The notes under the pieces: model-generated
What the model was told of the DNA's origin: nothing
What the model saw: only the letters and a program-made list of their open reading frames with translations
The model's database searches: none
Program-made: the position numbers and the translations under genes
From: an uncultured Lachnoclostridium sp.
GTDB taxonomy: Bacteria > Bacillota > Clostridia > Lachnospirales > Lachnospiraceae
Assembly (NCBI GenBank): GCA_944381625.1
Contig: CALWLW010000007.1
Span: 1-64,000, forward strand
DNA: 64,000 bases
Direction of reading: 5' to 3'
Shown: piece by piece, positions 40,592 to 50,809 of the stretch
How the letters are laid out: the number at the start of each line of letters is the position of its first letter
Numbering within the stretch: position 1 is the first letter of the stretch

Positions 40592-41045
40592 GCTCCATGC
40601 TCCTCTCACAATTTCCAAACCACGGGCAGCGGATACATTTCTTTCCGCCGCTGGGAAACAGCAGAAACCGCCTCACATCCACCAGATCATCCTCCCAGCC
40701 CGCCACATAGTCCCGGTATCCCGGCCTGCGGAGCCAGATCCCCCTGGTCTCTGCAAACGAGATCCCTTTGTCCAGGATGTTCTCCGCGTCTATGGTTCCC
40801 TGCCATTCCAAAGCGCCGTTACGGCTCTCAAGTTCGCCCAGGCAGATCCCCACCGGATATCTGTCGTGATAAAAATAGATATAAACGCTCCCGGCCTCCT
40901 CGCCGGGAGGGCAATCGCTTTTCAGATGAATATCAATCCGGCAGACGCCGCCGCGTTCTTCCACTTTCACAAATCCCGCGCTCCGCAGCTGCTCCCCATC
41001 CTCATATTCATGAAGATATGCAATCCTTCTCCTGTATCCCTGCAT
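40536..41045 (-). CDS. Hypothetical protein (169 aa, no recognisable domain)
   Basis: This ORF lies between rsmA and tadA. Its last 56 nt overlap the tadA start in another frame. A CxxC...C motif sits near the C-terminus. Confidence 0.4.
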   Translation of the reverse strand: MQGYRRRIAYLHEYEDGEQLRSAGFVKVEERGGVCRIDIHLKSDCPPGEEAGSVYIYFYHDRYPVGICLGELESRNGALEWQGTIDAENILDKGISFAETRGIWLRRPGYRDYVAGWEDDLVDVRRFLLFPSGGKKCIRCPWFGNCERSMEHAADGRGKVYEGSHPAGT

Positions 41046-41094
41046 AGAATCCCCTCCTGTCCTTCCGGTTCATTCTATGCCTCTCTGATATCTC

Positions 41095-41982
41095 TTATGA
41101 CTTCGCCCGCAATACCGCCGCCCGGTTGGCAAAATCCGCGAACTGCTCCAGCGTCAGGGCTTCCCCCCGCACGGAAACCGGCAGACCCATAGCTTCCAGG
41201 ATCTGCGCCGTCATCTCCTTGGAGATTCCCAGCTCCGGCACATGGCCGAGCCCATTCTGGAGCGTCTTGCGCCTCTGGTTAAAGGACGCGCGGATAATGG
41301 CAAAGAGCAGTTTTTCATCCACGGCTTTCACCGGAGGTTCTTTGTAAACCGACAGGCGGATCACCGCAGAGCCCACATTGGGACGGGGCATAAAGCAGTT
41401 GGGCGGCACATTGGCCATAATCTCCGGCCTGGCATAATACTGGACCGCCAGGGAAAGCGCCCCGTAATCCTTTGTCCCCGGCCCCACCTGCATCCGGTCC
41501 GCCACTTCCTTCTGCACCATCACCGTGATGCTCTCCGCCGGGACATGATTTTCAAACAGCCCCATGATAATCGGCGTAGTGATGTAATAGGGAAGATTTG
41601 CCACCACCTTCACCGGCCGGCCCCCGTTCATCTCCTCTGCCAGCTTCTTCAGATCCACCTTCATCACGTCTTCGTTGATCACTGTCACATTGTCATATCC
41701 GCTGAGCGTATCCTTCAGAATGGGGATCAGCGCCCGGTCGATCTCAATGGCGGCCACCCCCCTGGCCGCGGCCGCAAGGTACTGGGTCATGGTTCCGATG
41801 CCGGGGCCGATCTCCACCACAAAATCATCCTGGGTGATTCCGGCGGCACGGATGATCTTTTCCAGCACATGGGGATCAATCAGAAAATTCTGTCCGAATT
41901 TTTTCTGAAATACAAATTTATACTTATTCAGAATCTCTATGGTATTCTGGGGATTTCCCAGATCAGGTACCGGACGGCTCAT
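41095..41982 (-). CDS. rsmA: 16S rRNA (adenine1518/1519-N6)-dimethyltransferase
   Basis: 295 aa. FGQNFLIDPHVLEKI and the SAM motif VVEIGPGIGTMT. Confidence 0.9.
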   Translation of the reverse strand: MSRPVPDLGNPQNTIEILNKYKFVFQKKFGQNFLIDPHVLEKIIRAAGITQDDFVVEIGPGIGTMTQYLAAAARGVAAIEIDRALIPILKDTLSGYDNVTVINEDVMKVDLKKLAEEMNGGRPVKVVANLPYYITTPIIMGLFENHVPAESITVMVQKEVADRMQVGPGTKDYGALSLAVQYYARPEIMANVPPNCFMPRPNVGSAVIRLSVYKEPPVKAVDEKLLFAIIRASFNQRRKTLQNGLGHVPELGISKEMTAQILEAMGLPVSVRGEALTLEQFADFANRAAVLRAKS

Positions 41983-42770
41983 CGTTCTTCCTCCTGTCTC
42001 AGCCGGAAAAATCTTCTGGCATTTTCTTCTGTAATCCGGATCACCTCCTGGGCGGAAATCCCTTTGATTCTGCCCAGTTCTTCCGCCACCAGCATCAGTT
42101 TCCCGGAATCGTTGCGCTTTCCCCGGTACGGCACCGGCGCCAGATACGGACAGTCCGTCTCCAAAAGGAGCCGTTCCATGGGCGCCTCCGCCACCGTTTC
42201 TTTCAGCTTCTTCCCATTTTTAAAGGTCAGTACACCGCCGATGCCCAGATAAAAGCCCATCTTCAGATACTCTTTCGCCATCTCCGGGGAATACGAATAA
42301 CAGTGCATCACCGCCGGACACCCCGGATCCCTCTCCCGTTTCAGTATCTCCAGGGTATCCGCCGCAGCCTCCCGGCTGTGGATAATCACCGGAAGCTTCA
42401 GCTCCTCCGCCATATGGAGCTGGCGCACGAACCATTCCTTCTGCATGGAACGGTCCTCTTTATCCCAATAATAATCCAGGCCGATCTCGCCCACCGCCAC
42501 GATCTTCTCCCGGCGGCACTGGTCCTTCAGCCACTGAAAATTTTCTTCATTCAGCGCGCCCACCTCATCCGGGTGCACGCCTGCCGCCCCGTATACAAAC
42601 GGATACGCTTCCGTCAGTTCCACCGTCCGGCGGACACCCTCCAGGCTGGCCCCCACGTTGACCACTGTCCCCACGCCCGCATCCACAAGCCCGTTCAGCA
42701 GTTCTTCTCTATCCTCATCAAACGCCGCATCGTCGTAATGCGCATGGCTGTCAAATATCACACGTTTCAC
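41979..42770 (-). CDS. tatD: TatD family metal-dependent hydrolase
   Basis: 263 aa. IFDSHAHYDD...GEIGLDYYW...HCYS. Overlaps the rsmA start by 4 bp. Confidence 0.85.
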   Translation of the reverse strand: MKRVIFDSHAHYDDAAFDEDREELLNGLVDAGVGTVVNVGASLEGVRRTVELTEAYPFVYGAAGVHPDEVGALNEENFQWLKDQCRREKIVAVGEIGLDYYWDKEDRSMQKEWFVRQLHMAEELKLPVIIHSREAAADTLEILKRERDPGCPAVMHCYSYSPEMAKEYLKMGFYLGIGGVLTFKNGKKLKETVAEAPMERLLLETDCPYLAPVPYRGKRNDSGKLMLVAEELGRIKGISAQEVIRITEENARRFFRLRQEEER

Positions 42771-42938
42771 TCCTGTTCTGCATATTGATTCCAGTATAAC
42801 GGATCAAGATAGCTTGCGCAACATCCACTGAACGGATTTAGGCAAAAACCATTTACGCAAAAATGGAATGACCCCCGCTTTTATGTAGTTTCACATAAAT
42901 GTCGGATTTCATTCCATTCTTACTAGAGTCGTACAGAA

Positions 42939-43859
42939 TCAGCGAAGCACCTGCTGTCCGCTCGCCGTATAGATCTCATACCATTCATAGTGCTCCAGCT
43001 TCACGTCCAGCGCGCGAAGAGCCAGATCCAGCCTGTCCAGTTTATTGCTGCCGGAAATGGGCGCGGCTCCTACCGGATGGTATTTCAGCCAGGCGTATAT
43101 AATTGTCGATGGGTCTTCCCCGTGCCGCCTGGCCACCTCATGAATCTTTTCCATCGCCTTCCGGCACTGCTCGTCTTCTCCTTTAAAGAGACGCCCTCCT
43201 GCCAGCGGGGACCAGATCATGGGATGAATCTTGTGTACCATAAGGTAATCCATCATACCGGTATTGAAATGTTCAAAGCAAACCGGATTCCACTCAATCT
43301 GATTCGTTACCAGAGTTCCATCCATAGCTGTGTTTATGGCATCAAATTTAAACGGATCAAAATTCGATACGCCGGCTTCCCGTATCAGCCCCTCTTTTTT
43401 CAAGTCTTTCAGCGCCCTTGCGGTCTCCCATGGATCAAAACACGGATCTTCCCGATGAATCAGATACAAGTCCAGATGATCTGTATGCAGCCTCTGAAGA
43501 CTTTCTTTACAGGAAGCCACCACACGGTCATATGTTGTGTTGTAATACCCAAAAGAATCTTTTTTAAAAATTCCCGTCTTGGAAACCAACTGAATCCGAT
43601 CACGAATTGTGGGATCTGCGGCAAACGCCTTCCCCATCATCTCTTCGCAGAGCGTATCAGAATAGATCTCCGCCGTATCAAACGTCGTAACGCCTTTTTC
43701 GATACAGGCATTCATAAAAGCCGCCAGCTCTTTCTCATTCCATTTCCAATCTTCCAATCTCCAAAATCCCTGAACGATTGGAGAAAGGGAAAGCGTTTCC
43801 GAAAGCTTTATTCTGTTCTTATCCATAACTGTTTCCTTTCGTGCATTATTTTCCTTCAT
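42939..43859 (-). CDS. Aldo/keto reductase family oxidoreductase
   Basis: 306 aa with an AKR fold signature (FDTAEIYSD, LDLYLIHRED). Confidence 0.85.
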   Translation of the reverse strand: MKENNARKETVMDKNRIKLSETLSLSPIVQGFWRLEDWKWNEKELAAFMNACIEKGVTTFDTAEIYSDTLCEEMMGKAFAADPTIRDRIQLVSKTGIFKKDSFGYYNTTYDRVVASCKESLQRLHTDHLDLYLIHREDPCFDPWETARALKDLKKEGLIREAGVSNFDPFKFDAINTAMDGTLVTNQIEWNPVCFEHFNTGMMDYLMVHKIHPMIWSPLAGGRLFKGEDEQCRKAMEKIHEVARRHGEDPSTIIYAWLKYHPVGAAPISGSNKLDRLDLALRALDVKLEHYEWYEIYTASGQQVLR

Positions 43860-43863
43860 TTCA

Positions 43864-44853
43864 TTAGGCGTTCTTTCTCATATCCAGAGCTACCGCAATA
43901 CAGATGATTAAACCTTTAATAATGAGCTGCCAGTTGGCATTGACTCCGATGAACGCCAGGCCGTAGCTTATGATGGTAAAGATGATCACTCCGATCACCG
44001 CTCCTGAGACTTTGCCTACGCCTCCGCTTAACGACACACCGCCTACCACACAGGAAGAAATAGCATCAAATTCGTATGCGTTTCCATAAGAGCTGTTTGC
44101 TCCTCCGGTTCTGGCAACCTCCATGATACCGGCAAGACCCACGAGGCAGCTCTCGATGATAAACACAGCGATAATCACTTTATGTACATTGATGCCGGAT
44201 ACCTTCGCTGCCTCCGTACTGCCTCCCACAATATAAATATTCTTTCCGAATACCGTCTTATTTAAAACGAACCATACAATGACCACCGCCACAACCGCGA
44301 TTACCACGAGCAGGCTGATCTGGCCAAACAGCTTATAACTGCTGAGAAATTTTAAATCTTCCCGTATACCGCCGATGGGCTGAGAGTTATTGGGCTCCTT
44401 TGAGAAATACAGACAGTTAATTCCATACACAATCGTTGACATACCATAGGTGGCAATGAACGGAAGCATCTTCAGCTTTGCGATCATAAAACCGTTTACA
44501 GCGCCGATCACCGCCACAACTGCCAATGTAATCAAAATGGGAACAATAATCGGCAAATAGGGAAGGTTCGGCCAGAACCGGTTGGAATAGTCCATCATCT
44601 GGGACATGGATGCTACCAGTACTGCGGCAAGGCCTACCTGGCGGCCGCCCGACAAATCGGTTCCTCCCAGCAGAAGCGGAAACATCAGTCCTAAAGCGCA
44701 GATCATCTTTACCGCGGACTGTGTCAGAATATCAGTAAATACTCTCCACTGCAGAAAGGAAGGTTCAATAATAATCATACCCACGATCATGAGAAGCAAA
44801 ACGATGATCAGGGATTTGTCAATGAGCAGTTTTTTCAAATTCGCAGTTTTCAT
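43864..44853 (-). CDS. Monosaccharide ABC transporter permease (MglC/RbsC type)
   Basis: 329 aa with about 10 TM helices. Belongs to the branched-chain/ribose-type permease family. Confidence 0.85.
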   Translation of the reverse strand: MKTANLKKLLIDKSLIIVLLLMIVGMIIIEPSFLQWRVFTDILTQSAVKMICALGLMFPLLLGGTDLSGGRQVGLAAVLVASMSQMMDYSNRFWPNLPYLPIIVPILITLAVVAVIGAVNGFMIAKLKMLPFIATYGMSTIVYGINCLYFSKEPNNSQPIGGIREDLKFLSSYKLFGQISLLVVIAVVAVVIVWFVLNKTVFGKNIYIVGGSTEAAKVSGINVHKVIIAVFIIESCLVGLAGIMEVARTGGANSSYGNAYEFDAISSCVVGGVSLSGGVGKVSGAVIGVIIFTIISYGLAFIGVNANWQLIIKGLIICIAVALDMRKNA

Positions 44854-46379
44854 TGGGATATCACCTCTTTCGCTTTATTGGAGAACTTCGTTGCAAATTT
44901 CATAACTTCTTCCTGCGTCACTTCCTCCCTGTTCAGGACTCCGGAAAGACGGCCTTCACACATAACCATAACCCGGTCGGACATTCCCAGAAGCTCCGGC
45001 ATCTCAGAAGAAACCATGATAATTGCTTTCCCGTTTCTCGCAAGATCTCTCATGATTTTATATATTTCATATTTGGCTCCCACGTCCACGCCGCGGGTGG
45101 GCTCGTCCAGAATCAGGATGTCGCAGTCTGACAGCAGCCACCTTCCCACCAGCACCTTTTGCTGATTTCCTCCGGACAGGTTTTTAATCAGTGTATCCAT
45201 GCTTGCAGTGCGGACATCCAGGTCTTTACAGACAGTTTCCACAGGGGCTCCAAGTTTTTTCTTATCTATAAATCCGATGAAATTATCGGCAAGTTTTCCA
45301 TAGGCGACTGCCAGGATATTATCCCACACAGATAACATGGGGATAATGCCGGTAGCCCGGCGTTCTTCTGTGAGAAGGGCAAATTTATTGCGGATCGCAT
45401 CCTGAGGCGTATGATTGTGAATCTCATTGCCATTCAGGAAAAGCCGGCCGCTGGAAATTTTCCTGAGACCGAATACCGCTTCCATCAGTTCAGTTCTCTG
45501 AGCCCCTACCAGGCCTCCCACGCCCAGAATTTCTCCTTTATGCAGTTCAAAACTCACATGCTGAAAAGAATGTTCATCCCCACTAGTAAAATCTTCCACC
45601 TTCAGGATTACATCTTTCGTGACAACATTTTCCGCAGGAGGGAATCGTTCTTCCATGTCCCGCCCCACCATCTGATGAATCAGTTCATCAATAGTAATAT
45701 CTGATATGGCCCACTTTCCCACATACTGTCCGTCCCGCATAACCGTGATTTCATCCGCCACTTCAAAAATCTCTTCCAGCTTATGGGAAATGTAAATGAT
45801 AGACCGTCCTTCTTCTCTCAGTCTTTTTATAATTTGGAAAAGATGCTGCGTCTCCGCCACAGTCAGGGAAGAGGTCGGCTCGTCCATAATAATCACTCGG
45901 GCATTGTAGGACACCGCTTTGGCGATCTCCACCGCCTGAAGCTGAGACACGGACAAATCTTTTGCCAGCACATCCGGCGAAATATCAAAATCCAGATCCT
46001 TTAATAATGCCTCCGTCTTGGAGCGCATTTTCGCTTCATCCACAATGATTCCTTTTTTCTCAAATCTTCCCACCCAAATATTGTCCGTAATATTCCTGTA
46101 TGGAATCGGATTCAATTCCTGATGGATCATGGATATTCCTAATTTGAGCGCCGTGTGGGGATTATCGATCTCCACCTGCTCTCCATCCAGCTCAATCGTT
46201 CCTTCATCCGCATGATAAAGTCCGAACAGGCATTTCATCAGCGTGGATTTCCCTGCCCCGTTTTCTCCAATCAGCGCATGGACAGATCCCGGCCGAACCT
46301 CCAGTTTCACCTTGTCAAGCGCTTTTACGCCAGGGAAGGATTTGGATATATTACTTACTTTTAATCTGTATTGTTCCAA
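44850..46379 (-). CDS. Monosaccharide ABC transporter ATP-binding protein with duplicated ABC domains (MglA/RbsA type)
   Basis: 509 aa. Two Walker A sites (GENGAGKST and a degenerate second site), LSGGNQQK, DEPTRGVD. Confidence 0.85.
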   Translation of the reverse strand: MEQYRLKVSNISKSFPGVKALDKVKLEVRPGSVHALIGENGAGKSTLMKCLFGLYHADEGTIELDGEQVEIDNPHTALKLGISMIHQELNPIPYRNITDNIWVGRFEKKGIIVDEAKMRSKTEALLKDLDFDISPDVLAKDLSVSQLQAVEIAKAVSYNARVIIMDEPTSSLTVAETQHLFQIIKRLREEGRSIIYISHKLEEIFEVADEITVMRDGQYVGKWAISDITIDELIHQMVGRDMEERFPPAENVVTKDVILKVEDFTSGDEHSFQHVSFELHKGEILGVGGLVGAQRTELMEAVFGLRKISSGRLFLNGNEIHNHTPQDAIRNKFALLTEERRATGIIPMLSVWDNILAVAYGKLADNFIGFIDKKKLGAPVETVCKDLDVRTASMDTLIKNLSGGNQQKVLVGRWLLSDCDILILDEPTRGVDVGAKYEIYKIMRDLARNGKAIIMVSSEMPELLGMSDRVMVMCEGRLSGVLNREEVTQEEVMKFATKFSNKAKEVISQ

Positions 46380-46406
46380 AGTAATACTCCCCCTCTCTTT
46401 CTATTA

Positions 46407-46434
46407 TGCGGCGCCTGTGTACACAGACGCCGCA
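46407..46434. other. Intercistronic GC-rich hairpin (13-bp stem, no U-tract) between SBP and ATPase genes
   Basis: tgcggcgcctgtgt / acacagacgccgca inverted repeat, 28-60 nt downstream of the SBP stop on the minus strand. Confidence 0.4.
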
Positions 46435-46466
46435 TGGCTGTAAAGATATCAGTTTTTCTTTTCTTA

Positions 46467-47639
46467 TTACTCAGACAGTGCGCTCATCTGTTCCAGGGTC
46501 GCGTCCAGATTGCTGTCGTCTACGATAACATACGGTACCCAGATATATTTTCCGTCCACAGTACAGTCAACTCCTACCGTTTCCTCTGTAATTTCCTGTC
46601 CCGCATTCACGGCTTTGATCACATTGATGATGGCAATGGACTGATTCTGACGGTCATTCAAAACGGTGCCCAGCAGAGATCCGGCCTTCATGGCTTCCAG
46701 AGCGTCAATATTGGCGTCAATACCCACGATGGGAACAAATTTCTCCGGATCGCCGGAATTATAACCGTTGTTGATACATGCCTGCACTGCTCCCATGGCC
46801 ATACTGTCGTTGTTGCACAGCACGCCTTCAATACCGTCAATGCCGTATGCGGTGATCCATGCGTTCATCTTATCCAGCGCCTGGGCCTGATCCCAGTTTG
46901 CTGTATCCATCGCCAGGATCTCATACTCGATCCCCTGCGCTTTCAGCGTATCTTCATACGCCTGGGTCCTAAGCTGCACATCCTGCTGTCCAATCTCACC
47001 CTGAAGGACTACAAGCTGAAGAACGCCGTCGCCGTTTTTATCCGCAATTTCCGTATTCTCATTCCAGTAATTGATCAGCGCCTGCGCGCACATCTCGCCG
47101 GACTGTGCCGCCTCTGCTCCCACATACCAGATGTTTTCATAGCTCTCCATCGTGGATTCCATGGGCTCCATATTGAAGAAAACAGCCGGCACTCCATCTG
47201 TATCGCATTTCTGTGCCATCGTCTCCGTGCTTTCCCTGTCCGGTGCACAGATTGCAACCACATCCGTTCCTTTCGTCAGCGCAGCATCCAGCTTATTGTT
47301 AGCTGTGGACACGTCATTCGCCGCATCCTGCATATCCAGGGCAATACCGCCCAGTTCTCCTGCCTGTCCTTCCATAATAATACGGAAGCCGCTCTGGAAC
47401 TGATCGTCGAAAGCTCTCCAGATCACAGTTGCACTGACGTCCTCACCTGCGCCCGCTTCCGCCGTCTCATCCGCAGTCTCTTCCACCGCATCGGAAGCTG
47501 CATCTTCCGTCTCATTAGTCGAAGCTTCTGAATCCGCCGGTTCCGTCGCCGCCGTATCAGAAGAGCCACATGCTGCCAAAGAGAATACCATGGCAGTCGC
47601 CAACAGGGTGCTGATAACTTTCCTTTTCATACCTTTCAT
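46467..47639 (-). CDS. Monosaccharide ABC transporter substrate-binding lipoprotein (MglB/RbsB-like) with long acidic N-terminal linker
   Basis: Signal peptide plus lipobox LAAC. D/E/T/A-rich linker about 60 aa long. Periplasmic-binding-protein type I fold motifs. Confidence 0.85.
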   Translation of the reverse strand: MKGMKRKVISTLLATAMVFSLAACGSSDTAATEPADSEASTNETEDAASDAVEETADETAEAGAGEDVSATVIWRAFDDQFQSGFRIIMEGQAGELGGIALDMQDAANDVSTANNKLDAALTKGTDVVAICAPDRESTETMAQKCDTDGVPAVFFNMEPMESTMESYENIWYVGAEAAQSGEMCAQALINYWNENTEIADKNGDGVLQLVVLQGEIGQQDVQLRTQAYEDTLKAQGIEYEILAMDTANWDQAQALDKMNAWITAYGIDGIEGVLCNNDSMAMGAVQACINNGYNSGDPEKFVPIVGIDANIDALEAMKAGSLLGTVLNDRQNQSIAIINVIKAVNAGQEITEETVGVDCTVDGKYIWVPYVIVDDSNLDATLEQMSALSE

Positions 47640-47737
47640 CCTCCAGTTTGTATATATATTTACCGGTTACCCGGGCGGCGCTCATTGATCTAAGATGTCT
47701 TAACTTTCAAGCAGCCATGAGCGCCGGTCGAGTCAAA

Positions 47738-48589
47738 TCACTCGTTTTCAAATCTGAAATCTTTCATCTTGCCTTTAATAAATTCTTTTGCAGTGTTCTT
47801 AGAGTTGATGAACATAGCCGTATTGTATTTGAAACCGGGCTGCTTTTTCAGCGTCTCAAAGGAATCGGCCACTGCCGTCAGCACATCGGTAGCCACGTTG
47901 ATCTTGCGGATACCGCAGCGGATTGCTTCCTGCACCTGATCCAGTGGCGTACCGGATCCCCCGTGCAGCACCAGCGGCACATCCACCACTTCTTTGATCG
48001 CTTTCAGCCTTTCAATATTCAAATGCGGCGCCGCCACATAATGCCCATGCTGGGTACCAATGCTGACCGCCAGGCAGTCCACTCCCGTACGCTCCACAAA
48101 TTCTTTCGCCTCCTGCGGATCGGTCTGCGCCGCTTCCGGTCCTTTCACAATGAGATCGCCTTCTTCTCCCACCAGTTTCCCCAGTTCACCTTCTACAGTA
48201 ATTCCAAGCGTATGCGCATAATCTACTACTTTTTTGGTAAGGGCTACATTTTCTTCAAACGGCAGAGAAGAACCGTCAATCATTACAGACGAGTATCCTG
48301 CCTGAATTGCCTGCACACACTCTTCATAAGTACGGCAATGATCCAGATGCAGCGCAACGGGCACGGTCGCGTGAGCCATAGCTCTTTTTACTGTCTCTAC
48401 CGTTCCTTTAAATCCTCCCATCAGATCGCAGCAATCGGTTCCCGTGATGAAAATAACCGGACAATCGATCTCGCTTCCCGCCTCGATAGCCGCCAGAGCC
48501 GTCTCATAAGATACCGTTACAAAAGCTCCATAAGCAATTTTTCGCTCCTCGGCCAGTTCCAGAATCTCTTTCATTGGTGCAAATCTCAT
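47738..48589 (-). CDS. Class II ketose-bisphosphate aldolase (tagatose/fructose-bisphosphate aldolase family)
   Basis: 283 aa. ALHLDHC, GYSSVMIDGS and HGGSG motifs of class II aldolases. Confidence 0.8.
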   Translation of the reverse strand: MRFAPMKEILELAEERKIAYGAFVTVSYETALAAIEAGSEIDCPVIFITGTDCCDLMGGFKGTVETVKRAMAHATVPVALHLDHCRTYEECVQAIQAGYSSVMIDGSSLPFEENVALTKKVVDYAHTLGITVEGELGKLVGEEGDLIVKGPEAAQTDPQEAKEFVERTGVDCLAVSIGTQHGHYVAAPHLNIERLKAIKEVVDVPLVLHGGSGTPLDQVQEAIRCGIRKINVATDVLTAVADSFETLKKQPGFKYNTAMFINSKNTAKEFIKGKMKDFRFENE

Positions 48590-48650
48590 AATAATTCTTC
48601 CTTTCTCTATAGGGGCTTTTACCCTCTCATGTATTTATGCAAACAGCAAG

Positions 48651-49601
48651 CTATAAGAAATCCTTCCATTTCTCATAGAACTGCTCTGCTTCTGTAAAAT
48701 CAGGGATGCCGGATGTGCCTCCCACCGCTCCCACATTCAGGGTCGCCACACAGGATGCAAAGCGGACTGCGGAGAATGTAGCCCAGCCTCTCAGCAGGGC
48801 ACAGGTAAGTCCTGCCATAAAAGAATCTCCTGCTCCTGTAGTGTCCACTACAGGCATGCCCGAAGGGCATCCTATATAATGTTCTTCCTTAAAGTTTGTG
48901 GCGAAACATCCATTTCCTCCCAATTTAATTCCAAAAAGTTTCATCGGGAAACGTTTAAAATATCCGGCAATCTTCTCTGGTTCTGTCTCTCCTGTCAGCT
49001 TGGACGCCTCCCCCAGACTGGGAAAAAACACATCCGTCTCTTCAAAAGCGGGAGCCAGCAGAGTCATCCAGTCTTTTTCCGGGTCTTCCATATTGACCGC
49101 CGCGTCCATAACCGTAAGCTTTCCCAGGCGATGCGCCCTCGCAAACACATCCTTGATCCCGCCTTCATCCATTTTTTGAAGCGCCATAGCCGAGCCTATA
49201 TAAACAGCGTCGGCCGCCTCTATTGCGGCGTCGCGTACATCATCTCCCGATATTCTGTAAAAAACCGATTTCTCCGTCAAAAAGTGCCGCTCACCCTTTT
49301 TATCAATCAATGCATAGGAAGCCGCAGTTCCGCACTGGTCGTCATGTATGACGCCTGAAGTATCCACACCGGATCTCCGGCACTCTTCCAGGATAAACTT
49401 TCCATTGGAATCCTCCCCGATCCGTCCTACAATGGATACTGTCCCTCCCAACTTTGATACACCCAGAGCCACATTTAAAGCGTCGCCTCCGCAGCATACC
49501 CGCGGTCTTTCAATCCTGACACTGTCCAATTCTAAAATATCCTCAGGAACGGGAGAAATTAAGGTATCGCATACCATCATTCCTACACAAAGTACTTTCA
49601 T
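48651..49601 (-). CDS. PfkB-family carbohydrate kinase
   Basis: 316 aa. N-terminal VGMMVCDTL and C-terminal DTTGAGDSF motif. Confidence 0.8.
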   Translation of the reverse strand: MKVLCVGMMVCDTLISPVPEDILELDSVRIERPRVCCGGDALNVALGVSKLGGTVSIVGRIGEDSNGKFILEECRRSGVDTSGVIHDDQCGTAASYALIDKKGERHFLTEKSVFYRISGDDVRDAAIEAADAVYIGSAMALQKMDEGGIKDVFARAHRLGKLTVMDAAVNMEDPEKDWMTLLAPAFEETDVFFPSLGEASKLTGETEPEKIAGYFKRFPMKLFGIKLGGNGCFATNFKEEHYIGCPSGMPVVDTTGAGDSFMAGLTCALLRGWATFSAVRFASCVATLNVGAVGGTSGIPDFTEAEQFYEKWKDFL

Positions 49602-49965
49602 GACCCATCATCCTTATTAACATCGTTGCTTTTCCAAATGTTTTATTATATAGTTCGTTTGTTCCTTTGTTCGTACATATGTATAATTGCATAATAAACA
49701 ATAAAAGTCAACACCTTTTTGTAAAAAATATCAAAAAAGCATATTTCTACACCTTAAAAGATGTTTTTTCTGTGTATTTTTACTCCAATTAGAGAATTGA
49801 CAAATATAACAGATTGAACTCCAACTTTTTTCCACTGATTAAGAGGAAAATTATAGTTGCTTTTTCCTTCTTTATAGCATATGATAAGTATATATTTGTT
49901 TTATTGTCCGTACATTATGATTCATAATGTTTCAATATGACAAAAACAACGCAGGGAGAAAAAGA

Positions 49966-50721
49966 ATGCAGTTATTTCAAAAAGGACTTGACAGAAGCAC
50001 ACCGATTCCATTGTATTTTCAGTTAAAAACAATCATTCTGGACGATATTAAAAACAACGTTTTCACAGAAGGAGACGCTATACCTACAGAAAATGAGCTG
50101 GTTGACCATTATCAGATCAGCCGTTCTACTGTCCGCCAGGCCATCTCGGCACTAGTTCAGGAGGGATGGCTCACCAGAAAAGCCAGCAAGGGAACTTTTG
50201 TCACACATCCGAAGCAAGAATCAGGCTTTATACGCTCTTTTGAGCCGTTCTATCAGCAGATCGAAAAGCAAGGGAAAGTTCCGCGGACAGAGCTGATCGA
50301 TCTTAACGTTATTACGCCTACACCCGAAATATCCAAAGCGCTGAATCTGGAGCCGGAACAAAAGGTAATCTCTATGTTCCGCCGCCGTTTTGCCGATGAG
50401 GTTCCTCTTGTCACTCTTCAAAATTATATTCCATATGATCTCTGTTCTTTTATTCTGAGTTACGATTTCCGGGTTCATTCTTTATATGAACTCCTGATGT
50501 CCAATCCCAGCACTCAGATTTCCAGTACAAAGACGATCGTATCCGCACGGAATGCCACTTCCGAAGACCGGGAACTGATGAATGTAAAGGTCAATACCCC
50601 TATGCTGTGTTTTCACACCATGTCCACCACCTCCGAGGGAAGAATTATTGATTATGCGTTCTCCCATTACCGGGGCGATCTAAACCAATTTGAGTTTGAC
50701 GAAAGTCCTAAGATTCGTTAG
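49966..50721 (+). CDS. GntR family transcriptional regulator (HutC/UTRA subfamily)
   Basis: HTH (LVDHYQISRSTVRQAISALVQEGWL) plus a UTRA domain. The start was set at ATG MQLFQKG with a GGGAGA RBS. Confidence 0.8.
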   Translation: MQLFQKGLDRSTPIPLYFQLKTIILDDIKNNVFTEGDAIPTENELVDHYQISRSTVRQAISALVQEGWLTRKASKGTFVTHPKQESGFIRSFEPFYQQIEKQGKVPRTELIDLNVITPTPEISKALNLEPEQKVISMFRRRFADEVPLVTLQNYIPYDLCSFILSYDFRVHSLYELLMSNPSTQISSTKTIVSARNATSEDRELMNVKVNTPMLCFHTMSTTSEGRIIDYAFSHYRGDLNQFEFDESPKIR

Positions 50722-50738
50722 ATATTCATAAGCTTGAA

Positions 50739-50770
50739 GGGACAGCCTCCATTGGGTTGTCCCTCTATTT
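50739..50770 (+). terminator. Possible intrinsic terminator after the GntR gene
   Basis: GGGACAGCC / GGUUGUCCC stem (one G-U pair) followed by UCUAUUU. Confidence 0.35.
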
Positions 50771-50809
50771 GGGCATAACATTTTTGTTATCTTAAAATTC
50801 CTCCCCCGC

